Positions 28,076 to 41,676 of a stretch of DNA of 64,000 nt are shown here, piece by piece (the stretch's first letter is position 1; each line of letters opens with the position of its first letter). The stretch spans positions 79,422,001 through 79,486,000 of the forward strand of contig OZ024746.1 in assembly GCA_964016885.1 (NCBI GenBank), read 5' to 3'. Position numbers and translations under genes: made by a program. Origin of the DNA: Eledone cirrhosa. Lineage: Eukaryota. The notes under the pieces are model-generated. The model was not told the origin of the DNA and ran no database searches. It saw only the letters and a list, made by a program, of their open reading frames with translations.

Positions 28076-29388
28076 ACCATCATTGTAATATGTTGTTCTC
28101 TAGTGGAGTCATTTCTCATATTTTTTTTACTTATCACACAGACTCACACATACAAATAGATTGGTTGACACATGTATACATGTATGAATACATATTTTTA
28201 TATATATTAAACACACGCACACATACACGCACACATAGACACATGCAATCACACACACATGGCGCATATATATATATTACATTGAGGGAAAACTTCCTCG
28301 TCTTCCTTCCTACCTCTCTCTCGCCTGTTTATTTCATACGCTATGTCATTTTCTTGATCGAATTCACACACGCGCACGCGCACACACACACATCACACAT
28401 ACACCCCACCTCACCCTCCACACACACATACGCACATATATATATGTTGTTTTTGTTTTGTTTTGTTTTCCCTTTTCACGTTCAGTTGATATTTCTGAAA
28501 CTTATTACTTGATCCTATGTTCCTGCTGATAAAAGTAATTGTAGAGATTCACTTCTTCGTTTCTAAACCCGGGGCAAAATCAATCATTTCATGTTCAAGT
28601 CTAGGAATCTAATTCTGAAGTGTCGCCCACCCACACCTTCTTTTTGCCCTCTGTTCTTATATATTTCTATTGTCGCATAATCACTTCATATATTTAATAT
28701 GGCAGAAATCTTTGTATCTATGCTTCCTGGCGCTTCTAACTTCATAGATATCAGCTGATAGTTCTTTTCAGTGGCTACTACACAGCTTTAGATATTTCAA
28801 ATTCTAAAATCTAGGCAGGTGTTTGTTTCCCTTCTTTCTGTTCACTTACCATTTGCCTCTAGAATTAAACAGAAAATTTCCAAGCCAACAAGGAAGCCTC
28901 TAAATTGTCACTCATCCTGCTAGAAATAGTAGCAAAAAACTCATTAAATTCCACTCTGACGTTTATTTCTTGTTGTTCAAAATATAGCCAGTCAAGTTGA
29001 CAATATATGCAAATGAGCATCTCCAGCCCATGTTTCATATGTGAAACATGTGTATAAGATTTTAGGTCATTCTTGACTCAGTGCTGTGTGAGTAAGTGTC
29101 CCTGGTGACAGATAAATATTCAGAAACACATGTTTCACATTCTCCCCTGCAACTGAGCTAGCAGCGTCATTATCACAACTTAAAACAGTCATAGGGAGAC
29201 ACTTGTATGTTTATCGTACATAAAAATATCGCATATGCAATCATATCCAACTCTATTATGTAGTTCTAGATATGCTATTCCTGAAAAAAAAAAAAAGACC
29301 GGATGGTTATAGTTGGAACAATTTTGATCACAGGTCTATTCCAGCTTACCAAACCTGGAGCATCAACAACAATGTATCATTCTGTCCG

Positions 29389-29490
29389 CCGGTGTCGTGG
29401 GGCGGCCAGCACGTGGACCCCATTTGCTCATAATACAGAGAGAGATGGAGGCGATGACAGTGGGAGTTCGGCTCTTCCGTGTTCGGACCT
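29389..29490 (+). repeat. GC-rich dispersed repeat fragment (second copy about 59848-59965 on minus)
   Basis: Shared ggccagcacrtgg...gagagatggaggcxatgacagtgggagttcggct. Class unknown, possibly LTR-derived. Confidence 0.55.
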
Positions 29491-30234
29491 GGTGTGCAGC
29501 GTCAGTTGTCCGGAGGGAGGTAGTAGTTTGTACTTAGCGAACGTTTTGAGAACCTTGTGTTTGCGATTCCTGCATGTATTATTATGTTTTGGTTATACCT
29601 ATCATTTGCTGTAGAATATGTTTGTTTTATGTCTGTAAAAGAAAATACATTATGGTGGTTTTGATCATAGGTCAGCTACATGAAAATGGACCTGAGGCTA
29701 TAAAATATAACATCAACAATATATCATTTGAAACCAAAACTACGTATTATATTTTCATGTAGTTGAATTGTTTTCCTTTTCTTTCTTGCGAATATTTCAT
29801 CCCAAGGGTCGAGATAGGTATTCTTCAACGTTATGTCTGATAAAATTTAAATTCAATGTTATAAAATCTATGTATTTAATAGAAGCCTTTCTATCAGCCG
29901 CAGATGTGTTTTGCTACACATATCTCTTTGGTGCAGTTCTATGGAGAATTGACGTTGTGTATCTATAGATAAGTTAGTGTTAATATTTTTAATGCAGGGA
30001 ACATACTTAACTTCAAGAAGTTATGTTTGAAATTCTTATGAAGTGAGGAAAAATCAATATTATTTTTACACTAATGTTATTTTCATTGTTTAAGAAGGTA
30101 AGCGAGACAATCTTGGACATGCTTCGGTCTTATTTAAATTTCATTAGCAATAGAGTTTAAAAAAGATAGCGCAAAGAGTACGCATGCTCTACTAGAGTCT
30201 CACGTTGACTAATGCCCTGTAAGTTCAATTTAGT

Positions 30235-30346
<112 letters not shown>

Positions 30347-30499
30347 CGTATATATATATTTACATGCCTACATATCATAGATATGTGTGTATATTTATAC
30401 AAGTTGGTGCAGTCTCGGTTCTGCTATATCAAGTGTTAACCTAATATATCCCTTCCATATACAGTACCGATTGTGTTGTTATTTCTGTCTACTTTTTAC

Positions 30500-30536
<37 letters not shown>

Positions 30537-30679
30537 AGGCAATTATTCCATTTACCAGTGGTTTCTTAAAAGCAAAGATTTTGCTTTCAATCCTCAGAAT
30601 GAAAAAATCCTGGTCTGTTTATTGAATTTGGATTTTAAAAGCACTCTTTTTTCCTGGACTTTTCCGACGGAATTACTTC

Positions 30680-30730
<51 letters not shown>

Positions 30731-30737
<7 letters not shown>

Positions 30738-30919
30738 AATGACTTCTACAGGGTGGCGCTAGAAATGTTTCATTCGGGAGAACTCATCAGGAAACCCTGA
30801 TGATTTCTCCCGAATGAAACAGTTCTGGTCCTGTAGAAGCCATTTCTATATAAAATATTTATACTCTGCTGTGTATTGAGTACCTCGATTACCTGGTTAC
30901 CCTCGATTGAACGCGGGAT

Positions 30920-30925
<6 letters not shown>
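30731..30925 (+). mobile_element. Fold-back insert with HHR (30797-30840); same family as 4116 and 61648
   Basis: tcatcagg-aaac-cctgatga junction. CTGATGA-tttctcccgaat-GAAA-cag...ctg-TA-gaag. Confidence 0.75.
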
Positions 30926-30983
<58 letters not shown>

Positions 30984-31532
30984 TCTTTTACTCTTTTACC
31001 TGTTTCAGCCATCCGGCTGAGGCCATGCTGGGGCACCGCCCTTGGCATATATAATTTTAGTATATAGAAGAAGTAAATAGTCGAAACCACTGAGTTCAAA
31101 GTAGATCTTTACTTCCATTAATATACCGACTCTGCATGTAACCATACTTATTGATTGTAACCATATTATTGATTTGTGATCTTCCCCGTCCCAGTACCGC
31201 AGAATAAAATGAGTTCGATAAAATAAATACCAAACTTGAAAATAATGAGAAGTACTGAAACCACTATAAAGAATAAAATAAGGAAAGTAACTGTCGATAA
31301 CATTTGTTTCATTTGTTGCTGTTACATCTCCGGGTTTTGCGGTGTAATAACTTCGATTTTTGAAGGAAAAAAAAAAAAAAGAAAATTCTGATGGTTACTG
31401 CAACCAACTACGATCAAGATAAGATATCTTTGAATATGTATGACGCTCGTGTAATAAACTGGCAACAGCAACATTAGCAAAATAAGGAGCTATATGGGAC
31501 GTGGTATTAGTAAAACCTATGCAGAGTGTAAT

Positions 31533-31676
31533 TTAGTACAAATTAGAAGATGCATGCATGCTAAGATCCTGAATTCCTTTTGAAGCGGTATGGACGCCTG
31601 CGACTGGTATATCTTCGGTATCATTTAGATCTGGCGGAGCCCACTCTTCTCCGGCTTTGAGCATAGCCGATTTCTT
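31533..31676 (-). CDS. Candidate terminal coding exon, SLC6 (Na+/Cl- neurotransmitter/amino-acid transporter)-like C-terminus
   Basis: Acceptor cttttgttctccttttcactgtAG. Phase-0 open frame [47 protein letters not shown], with higher GC than the flanks. Resembles the SLC6 'L..P..dWGP' tail (inference only). Confidence 0.45.
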   Translation of the reverse strand, partial: KKSAMLKAGEEWAPPDLNDTEDIPVAGVHTASKGIQDLSMHASSNLY

Positions 31677-31779
31677 CTACAGTGAAAAGGAGAACAAAAG
31701 TATGTGTCTGCGTGCGTGCGTGTGTGTGTGTGTGTGTGTGTACTTGCGTGCGTGTGTGTGTGTGTGTGCGTGTGTGTGC

Positions 31780-31823
<44 letters not shown>

Positions 31824-32959
31824 TGTACGTGTGTATGTATGAGACAGCGAGGAAGAGATTGAGAGAGGGAAAGAAAGAGAAGAATCGCGTCTAGTAATAG
31901 ATAGGTACTTTATCTATCGCGAGCAGGAGCAAATATTGCAATGAATTCTATTCGACGTTCTAACAACTTCTAAAACAGAAGATGTGGAGTGATAATTATA
32001 AGTTCAAATCCCGCCGATGTCAACTTTCACTTTTATCATTTCGAGAGCGATAAAATAATGTACCGGCCTTGGACAGTTGATTGGTGGAGTCATTAGAGCT
32101 GTCAGATACGTTGCCTTGTGGTATGTATTCCGGTTTGTTGAATTCCGAATTAAATTCTTGATATGGGCTACTTGACGTAATCCATCAGGTAATTTAACAC
32201 AACCCCATACCCATTGAGTACTTTTAGCGGATCCCACGCTGTTGTAAACATTCGGATCCCTCCCTCGGTTTAAGGACAACTTCCTCTTCCTTTCTCTCCA
32301 TACTCAAACCAGCTACAGAGGTCCTGAAAGGTGTCAAGTACACGGTGCTTTCCTTCCTTCTAAACAATAAAAAATATTACGATTCTGACTTTTAAACTCT
32401 GTCACTCATTTCCTCTCACTTATACTTCTTCGTCAACTCACAAAGAATTGGATTAAATTTCAAATTTTATTCTAAACTGAATAGTGAAGAAACGTTATTT
32501 GTCGCTACGAATAAATATATAAAAAAAATGAGATAGAAAAGGGAAATAACTCAACTGCAAGAAAAATCAGAAACATGATACAATGGCGTCTCTCATTCAC
32601 ATAATATGAAAATCTAAAAATAAACAATCACTTGTAACATTCAACTCTCCCTTAAATTACACCCAAATGTTTTAGAAAAGAAACAATACATTAGATAAAA
32701 TATACCTGAAAAAAAAATCAAAAAAAAAAACAACAATCCAAGCAACAGCAAAAAACATACAGATAGTCATGTCTAAAATATCATTGCTCCCCAGGTTGGT
32801 GAATTCTGTCTGACCTAGGGCTAAACAATAACATCTAAAACGGCATGATATTTATTAATAAATTATGACAGAGTTGTACAATGTATTTCAATATATTATC
32901 CCTTCAATATACTGTTCAAACTAGTGATGGCACACCATAAATCAATCATGACATAGCAT

Positions 32960-33226
32960 AACTCTACGGTGTGCTATATCCAGTTGAACTGTATACTAAC
33001 ACACACGTATATATATATATATATAGATGTATATATATATATACACTAACACACACATACACTCATGTATTTATATATATATACTAACTCTACGGTGTGC
33101 TATATCCAGTTGAACTGTGTGAATGTACTAACACACACGTATATATAGATATATATATAGATGTATATATATATACACTAACACACACATACACACATGT
33201 ATTAATATATATATACTAACACACAC

Positions 33227-33235
<9 letters not shown>
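32960..33235. repeat. Local tandem duplication (about 125 bp) with TA/CA tracts
   Basis: aactctacggtgtgctatatccagttgaactgt occurs twice. Confidence 0.8.
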
Positions 33236-33280
<45 letters not shown>

Positions 33281-33375
33281 TCATATACATACATATATAT
33301 GTATATCTATATGTATGTATGTATGTATATATATATATACATACATATATATGTATATGCATGTTTGTATGTATG

Positions 33376-33466
<91 letters not shown>

Positions 33467-33767
33467 GTAAATAACATTATTCTATCATCACCATTTCCTT
33501 AACATGTTCAACATCACCAACATTTTACACCAATACAAATTCCCCCTTTGATAATGCATAAAATTCTGAAACCGGTAATAGACAATTATTAAATATATAA
33601 ATAAATAAATGGCATTGTTAATTAATAAATAAATTAACTAATACCTTAACACTTCACACAAAGTAAAATATTTTGTTTTAAACATTTTCTAACCCAGAAA
33701 AAAGAGAAAAAAATAAAAAGGAAAAAAAAGATATTTCTTCCTAATAATCGCCTTTTTTCCCTATTTT

Positions 33768-33899
<132 letters not shown>

Positions 33900-34009
33900 G
33901 TAATAATAATAAATTTGAAGACTAAAATTCAAAGAGGGCTCGATAAGGATAAATATATATCAAATATATAAGAACCGTAGAGCAAATATTTATTAAAATA
34001 ACAGATTAA

Positions 34010-34060
34010 AGTTTAAGCAAAGAATCGCTGCTTTCACCCTTAAAGGGATCTTCTGAAACT
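34010..34060 (-). ncRNA. Type I HHR-like motif, U4A core variant (CAGAAGA); copies 36455-36505 (+) and 54872-54920 (+)
   Basis: Reverse complement reads agttt-CAGAAGA-t-ccc(tttaa)ggg-t-GAAA-gca(gcgattctt)tgc-TT-aaact. Confidence 0.7.
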
Positions 34061-35095
34061 AAAAAAGTCAATCTTTGAACGCAGAAGTAAATATTTCAAA
34101 AAACGTTGCAACCGGAGGAAGACAGGAAGACGATACTTTGGTTCGTGGAAACGTTCCCTGGCAAAAACGGGAAAAAACGAAGATAATACGTCATTATTTG
34201 GAGCGGTGAAAAACAATTACACGCAAAGACAAAACCACGTTTATGGTATAAAAGAGGTCGTAGACTAATATTCTATTAGGTGGTTCATGGAGACGTTCTC
34301 TGACAATGAACGGAAAAAACGAAGAATATACGTCATTATGTGGAGCAGGGAGAACAATTGCACGCAAAGACAAAACCACCTAAATGGTATAACTGAAGTC
34401 GTAAACTAAAATTCTAACTAGGAAACCGAATGATTCTCGGCTTCAGAGTTAAGAATAAAGTAAATAAAATACAGAGGTAATAGAAATTAAATAAATACAT
34501 ACACGCATCCATATACGTACATAAAGAAGCATACGCTAAAACACTCGCCATAGGTATACAAATACAAGCACTTACACAAAAAACAAACCGGCACGCACAT
34601 ACAGAACCCACGCAACGCCTCTACCCGCACATATACGAATGTATACACCAAATATACATAAAAATATATATATAAAAAAAAAAATATATGTATATGTGTG
34701 TGTGCGTGTATACATATAATTAAATAAACGTATATAAATAAATAAATACGTATATAACGCGCGCACACACATACCTACATGTAAATACACATATGTTCGG
34801 AGACGTACGTCAACCAAAACACAAAGTACACATATACACACACCCTACATACGTACGAAGCCGCATACTCACACAGACGCAAAACACGTGTATACACATA
34901 ACCAAATGCATATGTACCAGAATATATAATATATACGCCATAACATATACAATCAAATATACGTACGAGAAAGTATACGTACCTTCACAAAACATACAGC
35001 TAATATATAATTACCTATACAAATAAGTAATGGTATAAACATAACATATACTTAGCTACCACCTCAAGACGTAAAATATTCGCGTATAGTTAGTA

Positions 35096-36199
35096 CTATC
35101 CGTTAGGGTATAATGTGGGGCTGTAATACAGGAAAGTTTTGTGCAATTTATGTTTACAAGCCGAAATTGCCTCAGATTTTTTGTTTAAGATGTGGTCTTT
35201 GGCGTAGAGTATTTCCAGGTCCTCAGTGGTGCAGAGGTCACATGATCTTTTATTTCCGTTATACGATCTAGCCTTAACTAGGATCTCCCAGTGTAACTTA
35301 TATTGGGTGTTGTTGTCTTTTAGACTCCAGATATAAGCTGAAAGTTACGTCATATTCCTTCTTAAAGGGTTAAGAAAATAATGGGTATGCATGTAAAGAC
35401 GCTGCTTGAATCTATTGGCGGTTAACCCTATGTAGGCCCTACGGGACGTGGGTGTTTCAACCTTACATTTGTAGACAATGTTACTAGAGAGGCATTTCCC
35501 GGATAGGGGCCAGTCAACCCGATTCCTACAATTACAGTTAGTACAGGGTTGCACGTGTTCCTACGGCTAGGTAGTTTAGCTAAATTTGAAGCTGTGATGT
35601 TATGTGCAAGGTTAGGAGTCGTAGAGTAAGAAATTTTAATGGTATTTCTATTAAAAAATTTACTATATTTATGTGTTGGGGGAAAATGCTTCATAATAAG
35701 GTAGAGAAAGATCTTAGCTAATGGTGTGGCGACCTCCATATTATATGGTGGGTTATACCATATAATGCGTCGGGATCTATTTTTTCTAGGTCTATTCTCG
35801 TACTCTGTATATGCTACCTTATCGAAAAATCCACTCTGAGCAAGAGCTTCATTGTAATATGTGGAATGGTCGTTGAAAATATGCTCGTTAGTAGATAGAC
35901 GAGAAAGCCTCAAAGAAACGTTTCTTACCAGGTTCTTAGTTATGCTGGCAGGATGGTTAGAATGCTTACTTATGTAATTAAGCGTATCATTCGGCTTTCT
36001 ATACGGGTAGTGCAAGCCATTCGACAAATTGAGGGTAACGTCGAGGTAATTAACGACCGAGAGGTTGGCCTCAACCTGTATGCAGAGGTTGAAGCCTTTA
36101 AAGAAGGCTGTGAGTTCTTTTCTGAACCTGTCGCAAGCACGTGGGCCGCACAGTTTCATGGTCAAAAGACCATCATCACGGTACAAACCACCGCCCACG
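35096..36199 (-). pseudogene. PLE polyprotein remnant: RT C-terminal half plus GIY-YIG endonuclease
   Basis: LYRDDGL, VNYLDVTL, PYRKPN...YI...SNHP and IIWYNPPY. After a frameshift near 35555: CNC..PLSGKCL..NIVYK..AYIGLT..FKQR..H. In-frame stop at 35345-35347, then LSAYIWSLK..CDLC..E..LNKKSE..CKH to a stop at 35096. Confidence 0.9.
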
Positions 36200-36563
36200 T
36201 TCCGTTTATTGCCAGAGAACATCTCCATGAACCACCTAATAGAATATTAGTCTACGACTTCTTTTATACCATAAACGTGGTTTTGTCTTTGCGTGTAATT
36301 GTTTTTCACCGCTCCAAATAATGACGTATTATCTTCGTTTTTTCCCGTTTTTGCCAGGGAACGTTTCCACAAACCAGAGTATCCTCTTCCTGTCTTCCTC
36401 CGGTTGCAACGTTTTTTGAAATATTTATTCCTACGTTCATAGATTGAATTTTTTAGTTTCAGAAGATCCCGTTAAGGGTGAATGCAGCGATTCTTTGCTT
36501 AAACTTTAATCTGTTATTTTAATAAATATATATATATACATATGCATATATATACATATATAC

Positions 36564-36625
<62 letters not shown>

Positions 36626-37027
36626 CAAGTAAGTATGTTTTGAAACAGTGAACAGCTTTGAAACTAGAAAATAGAGTAGCTTTCACCGTATTTTTCGACT
36701 AAAGAAATTTTAGTCTGATAATGGGGTTTAGAACCCTCAGATATATGTGTGTGTGTATAAGACGATATACAACGGTACAATTTCAGTTCCTTCTATATAA
36801 TTCTATATTTCTTCCTACATTCTGTAGAACAGATGTGTCAAAATTGACACGTGATGAATCAGTGTATTTTCGTATTAATGACATATTCGTCACGTTCCAT
36901 AGAGTAGTAAGGTGTAACCAACACGTAATAAATACTTAGTCAGTTTGAGAACTGACGGCGATTTTTAAATCCGTTATCCTATGATACTTTTAAATTTAGT
37001 AGCTGGCTCCATGGAAATTTCATGTTT

Positions 37028-37203
37028 TACCATAATTTCCCGGCGCCGAAGACGCCTCGTCCTCAAGGACGTACCCTAATTTTGATAACCAAAAATTTGA
37101 AAAAAATAATAAACACCCTTCGGTTTCCAGGACGCATGGTAGATTTTTGAGTCTTATTTTAGGAAAAAAGTAGCGCCTTCGACTGTAGTCGGAAGATCAA
37201 GGA
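37028..37203. mobile_element. Degenerate Tc1/pogo-type MITE
   Basis: The terminus taccataatttcccggcgccgaagacgc has an imperfect inverted counterpart gcgccttcgactgtagtcggaagatcaagg. Confidence 0.35.
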
Positions 37204-37599
37204 AAACAGTGCTCAATCTGTTGGAAGAGAGCCTATTTAGTATAAACAAAGTTTCATACACCTAACATTTATGTGCTTCCATTGGTCTTGGGGTCCAGTT
37301 ATAGCCCCACGGTATAATGGTGGAGGCACTTTTAAACTGGCCCTTCATTCAGGCACGTGTTGCTGGTGCCGGTCCTGGCGTTGCTGGTAGTGAGGGTTTG
37401 CATCCCAGCACTGGTGTTTGTTGCAACAGAGATTTGACCCTAACCCCCGCCCCCCCCCACATGTTTGTGCTGAGGGCAGACACTAACAGAGCAAAACATA
37501 CAGTATCACTTAAACGATAACAAAACGAAAGAAAAAACAAGGATTATTATTATTATTTACATGTCGGCCCTTGTGGCCAATAAAGAAACCATTATTATT

Positions 37600-38035
37600 G
37601 GTAGAGGGTTGGACGCCATGCTTTCTAGCATAGTTACGTCCCTTTACAGTCTGAGTTCAAATCCCGCCGAGGTTAACTTTGCCTTTCATCCTTACGGGGT
37701 CGATAAAATAAAGTATCAGTAATGTACTGGGTAATTGCTGGCCTTGTGCCTAAAGTAGAAACTATTATTATCATTATTATCCCAGTATTACACTGGGATA
37801 ATTGCTGGCCTTGTGCCTATATAAGAAACTATTATTATCATTATTATCCCAGTAATACACTGGGATAATTGCTGGCCTTGTGCCAAATGTAGAAACAATT
37901 ATTATCATTATTATTATTGGTATTATTATTCGAGGTTAACTTTGCCTTTCATCCTTACGGGGTCGATAAAATAAAGTACCAGTAATGCACTGGGTAATTG
38001 CTGGCCTTGTGCCAAAAGTAGAAACAATTATTATT
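37600..38035 (+). mobile_element. S1 SINE cluster with repeated 3' ends
   Basis: One long copy, two approximately 61-bp 3'-end repeats, and one more truncated copy. Confidence 0.85.
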
Positions 38036-38946
38036 ACCTTACGAATGTTTATTTTACCTGTTAACAGTAGAATTATATTGCATGTCACATTTCATTGTTT
38101 GATGGCAGCCATTTCTATATGAAGTTTTATTTCAACATTTGTCGACGGTTAGTAGCGAGATTAGATGATTTATACTCAAATATTTGGTACGTGTGTTTGA
38201 ATTTAAAAGTGCCTTCGACATAACACTTCTAATCCCATTTGGTAATAGACTTTCATTACCAACTGATTCGCTTCACTTACATATATCGTTACTAACCCGA
38301 GAAAATAACATAAACATCATAGCTTCCATTTCTCCTTTTCTTAAAGAATATTACCTTTTATATCTATTTGGATAGGTTACTGAGACACAACTACACCAGT
38401 ATGTTCCTCAGACTATACATGATATTATAACTTTAAAATTCATTAATATTTGGATGATGATAAAAGATTCAAAATAGGAGACTAGTTAGTTATACCTATG
38501 AACAAAAGTGGGATTCAGGTGGCATAAACGTTGATTCACTTAACCAATTACAGGTAATTTGAGTAAGGAAACGAGAAAGTGTAACGATTAAGATCTCATG
38601 ACGAGACGTATAATGTAACCAATTGTGGTATTTGACCATATTTATTGTCGTTTGAATGAATGATAGAACAACTGAGGGGATTACGTTGAAGTACAGTGTT
38701 GGTTCTGCAGCAAAGCCGAATGGTTAAGAAGTTCATTTCGGATTCATAAGGTCTCAGGTTTGAATAAACGACGGAGCATTTGATGGCAAGTATCATTTAT
38801 TATAACCTCGTTAAAATCCAAGTCTTGTGAATAAAATTGGGTAGACAACCCCAGTACTTGATTGGTGCTTTATTTTATCGAGTCCGGATAAACGAAATGC
38901 AAAGTTAATCTCGGTAGTATTTAAACTTTGAACGAAAAGAGTCGGA

Positions 38947-39393
38947 ACAAAATAATTGTTTCTACTTTTGGCACAAAGCCAGCAATTATCCAGTACATTA
39001 CTGGTACTTTATTTTATCGACCTCGTAAGGATGAAAGACAAAGTTAACCTCGGCGGGATTTGAACTCAGACCGTAAAGGGACGTAACTCTTTGCGTCAAA
39101 GTATGGCCTCCGACCCTCTACTGATACTACCAATCCACCGCCTACAAAATAATTGTTTCTACTTTAGGCACAAGGCCAGCAATTACCCAGTGCATTACTG
39201 GTACTTTATTTTATCGACCCCGTAAGGATGAAAGACAAAGTTAACCTCGGCGGGATTTGAACTCAGACCGTAAAGGGACGTAATTCTTTGCGTCAAAGTA
39301 TGGCCTCCGACCCTCTACTGATACTACCAATCCACCGCCTACAAAATAATTGTTTCTACTTTAGGCACAAGGCCAGCAATTACCCAGTGCATT
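38947..39393 (-). mobile_element. S1 SINE tandem, 197-bp period x2.3
   Basis: acaaaataattgtttctactt occurs at 38947, 39144 and 39341. Confidence 0.9.
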
Positions 39394-40464
39394 AAAGTCA
39401 ACCTCAATGATGTTGAAAATTATTCATATGATAATGATAATTATGAGGAGAATTCTGGTTTCTCCTCAATCTCGAGCGGATTAATAATAATAATGCCTTC
39501 TAATTGACGTATCAGTCCCCACAGACAACTAAGAAATAGAGATAACACGAATGTAGATAATGAAAATAGAAACAATCCATATAGTAAAAGGTGTTTTGGG
39601 AATTCTTTAAAAATACACAAACCCTAACAGACATATGTACATAACCAAAACGTTAAGACTTTCAAATATACATGACATTCTACTCACTGCATGAATATTA
39701 CGAAGACTATTTCAGTACAATAGAAACAACAACAAACATATAACACTGCACATAGTAAATATACACAGATATGTGATCGGCAATGAAGTAACAGCAAGCG
39801 GTGAAAATATGATTAATAATTATAATGGTCTCTAATTTAGAGATAAGGCCGGCAATTTGGGGGGGACAGAAGATAGTTGATTATATCAGCCCCTGGTATT
39901 TGACTGGAGCTTCATTTTATTGCCTCCTATAGAATGAAAGTCAGCGTTGATTTCGGCATGATTAGAAAAAATATCTATATTTTTTTCAAAGCTCTAACAA
40001 TTCTGCCAATCCACTGAATTTCTGGTAATAAGGAAAATTACAGTAATGACAATAATGGTTTCTGATTTTTGCCGGACAAGTACGGTACCATTACGCCAAT
40101 GAACATACATTATAATAATTATAATAATGAAGTTATGTATAATAAAGACAATAATAATAAAAATAATATATTTTCAAGAAAAATTATTTACTTATAAATA
40201 AATATATATCTTGCGATAGATTTGTTTACTTCTACATACACTTGCATCGATAACATACATCCAACACAAACATTATCATGTACTTCAGACTAAAAAGGGT
40301 GAAACAGAAAGTGACGGGGTGGCTGTTTGCCTGTTCTCAATATATCTTCTGTAAATCACAAGTTGTATTGTCATGAATTATCGCTTACCTTCTCTCGCGC
40401 CAATTCAACAAATTACATGTTAATTCTTCTTATCCGCCCCTTCTTTATCAGTATATATATAATA

Positions 40465-40514
<50 letters not shown>

Positions 40515-40521
<7 letters not shown>

Positions 40522-40929
40522 ATCAAAAGATGGTTAAAAGAGTTCCATGTATTTTATTATGCGCATTTCAAAAGCAAACATCATCATGCGATGACATTTG
40601 CGTTTTCGTCAGATATAGGGAGACATGATATGAAGGTTAAAAAACACTTGTGAATAGTGCAGTTTTAAATCAACATATCTTGATTTAAAACTGCACTACT
40701 CACAAGTGTTTTTTAACCTTCATATCATGTCTCCCTATTTTATCTGACGAAAACGCAAATGTCATCGCATGATTATATTTGTTTTTGAAATGCGCATAAT
40801 AAAATACATGGAACTCTTTTAACCATCTTTTGATCTTATATATTATTTATACTCAAGTCCTACAAACTGTAGAGTGGTACTTATCCGATATCTGCATTGC
40901 TTTATTGTACTACAATAAAACTCACCTCC

Positions 40930-40932
<3 letters not shown>
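40515..40932 (+). mobile_element. Fold-back insert: about 160-bp arms (40515-40840) plus 90-bp tail
   Basis: Centre aatcaa-catatc-ttgatt at about 40676. HHR in the arms. Confidence 0.85.
40736..40806 (+). ncRNA. Type I hammerhead ribozyme motif
   Basis: tattttat-CTGACGA-aaacgcaaat...atttgttttt-GAAA-tgcgca-TA-ataaaata. Confidence 0.8.
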
Positions 40933-41011
<79 letters not shown>

Positions 41012-41035
41012 CATATATGTATATACAGTATATAC

Positions 41036-41070
<35 letters not shown>

Positions 41071-41363
41071 GAGAGAGAGAGAGGAAGAAAAAGACGGGAA
41101 AGGGTTTATGCACAAAAATTGACATAGCTATAGATTATCAAATCCAATTGAGTTCTAGCACGTGGCCTGAATTCTTTTCAGAATTCATTGACCTGCGATT
41201 GTATTGTTTTTTGGCGGTAATCTCCTTCCACCTATTTTCGAGTCAGTGTGAGATTTTCTTTAGAACTGCTGGACTAACAACCTACCAGCTCCCTCGAGCA
41301 CTGATGGGGATAATTGCTAAATATTGATGTTGATTTGGTTATCAATATTAATATTATTGGGCA

Positions 41364-41490
41364 CTCACTGAAGAATTATAAGCGCCCACTTGAATAAGTA
41401 TATGTTGATCTTATACAAGCTTCTACATAAATTGTTATAATTTCACCCAACTTGTAGAAATCTTATAGTGAAACGAGACGTTCGTCTGGG
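41364..41490 (+). ncRNA. Type I HHR with long branched helix II
   Basis: ctca-CTGAAGA-attataag...cttatagt-GAAA-cga(gacgt)tcg-TC-tggg. Confidence 0.7.
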
Positions 41491-41676
41491 AAGAGATATA
41501 TTTGATATATCTCATATGAAATGATACAGCCAATTTTCCACACAATACAATTAGTTAGCACCCCGAACATTTAATTAGGAATATACTCAGGTATTTTCTA
41601 ATGTTTGTTGAGTGAGTTGGAATTTGGCCGGAGTATCGCTATTAGCTTTCTCCGATTATGTATTTATATATATATA

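Larger units (their letters stand above)
33900..36529 (-). mobile_element. Penelope-like retroelement (Naiad-like, family D), 5'-truncated, with inverted pseudo-LTR
   Basis: RT and GIY-YIG coding remnant with an approximately 1.2-kb 3' UTR. 36200-36529 is the reverse complement of 33986-34315. HHR in both arms. (TA)n on both sides. Confidence 0.92.

Noticed and set aside
35096-35560. Selenocysteine-recoded Naiad (in-frame TGA at Cys positions)
   Set aside because: The Cys positions are TGT/TGC, with one TGG. The in-frame stop is TAA at a probable Glu codon, which is ordinary decay.
36200-36228. ATG start (MEMFSGNKRN) of the 266-aa RT ORF
   Set aside because: These codons come from the inverted UTR arm. 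The RT is 5'-truncated just before GLYRDD.
33986-36529. DNA transposon with 330-bp TIRs
   Set aside because: It encodes RT and GIY-YIG rather than a transposase, and the inverted repeat is asymmetric (tail on one side), which is typical of PLEs.
36705-36750. HHR-like ctgataatgggg...ccctcagata (relative at 47520)
   Set aside because: The core is too degenerate in both copies to call.
37740-37915. CRISPR-like regularly spaced repeats
   Set aside because: These are tandem SINE 3' ends without unique spacers, in a eukaryotic context with no cas genes.
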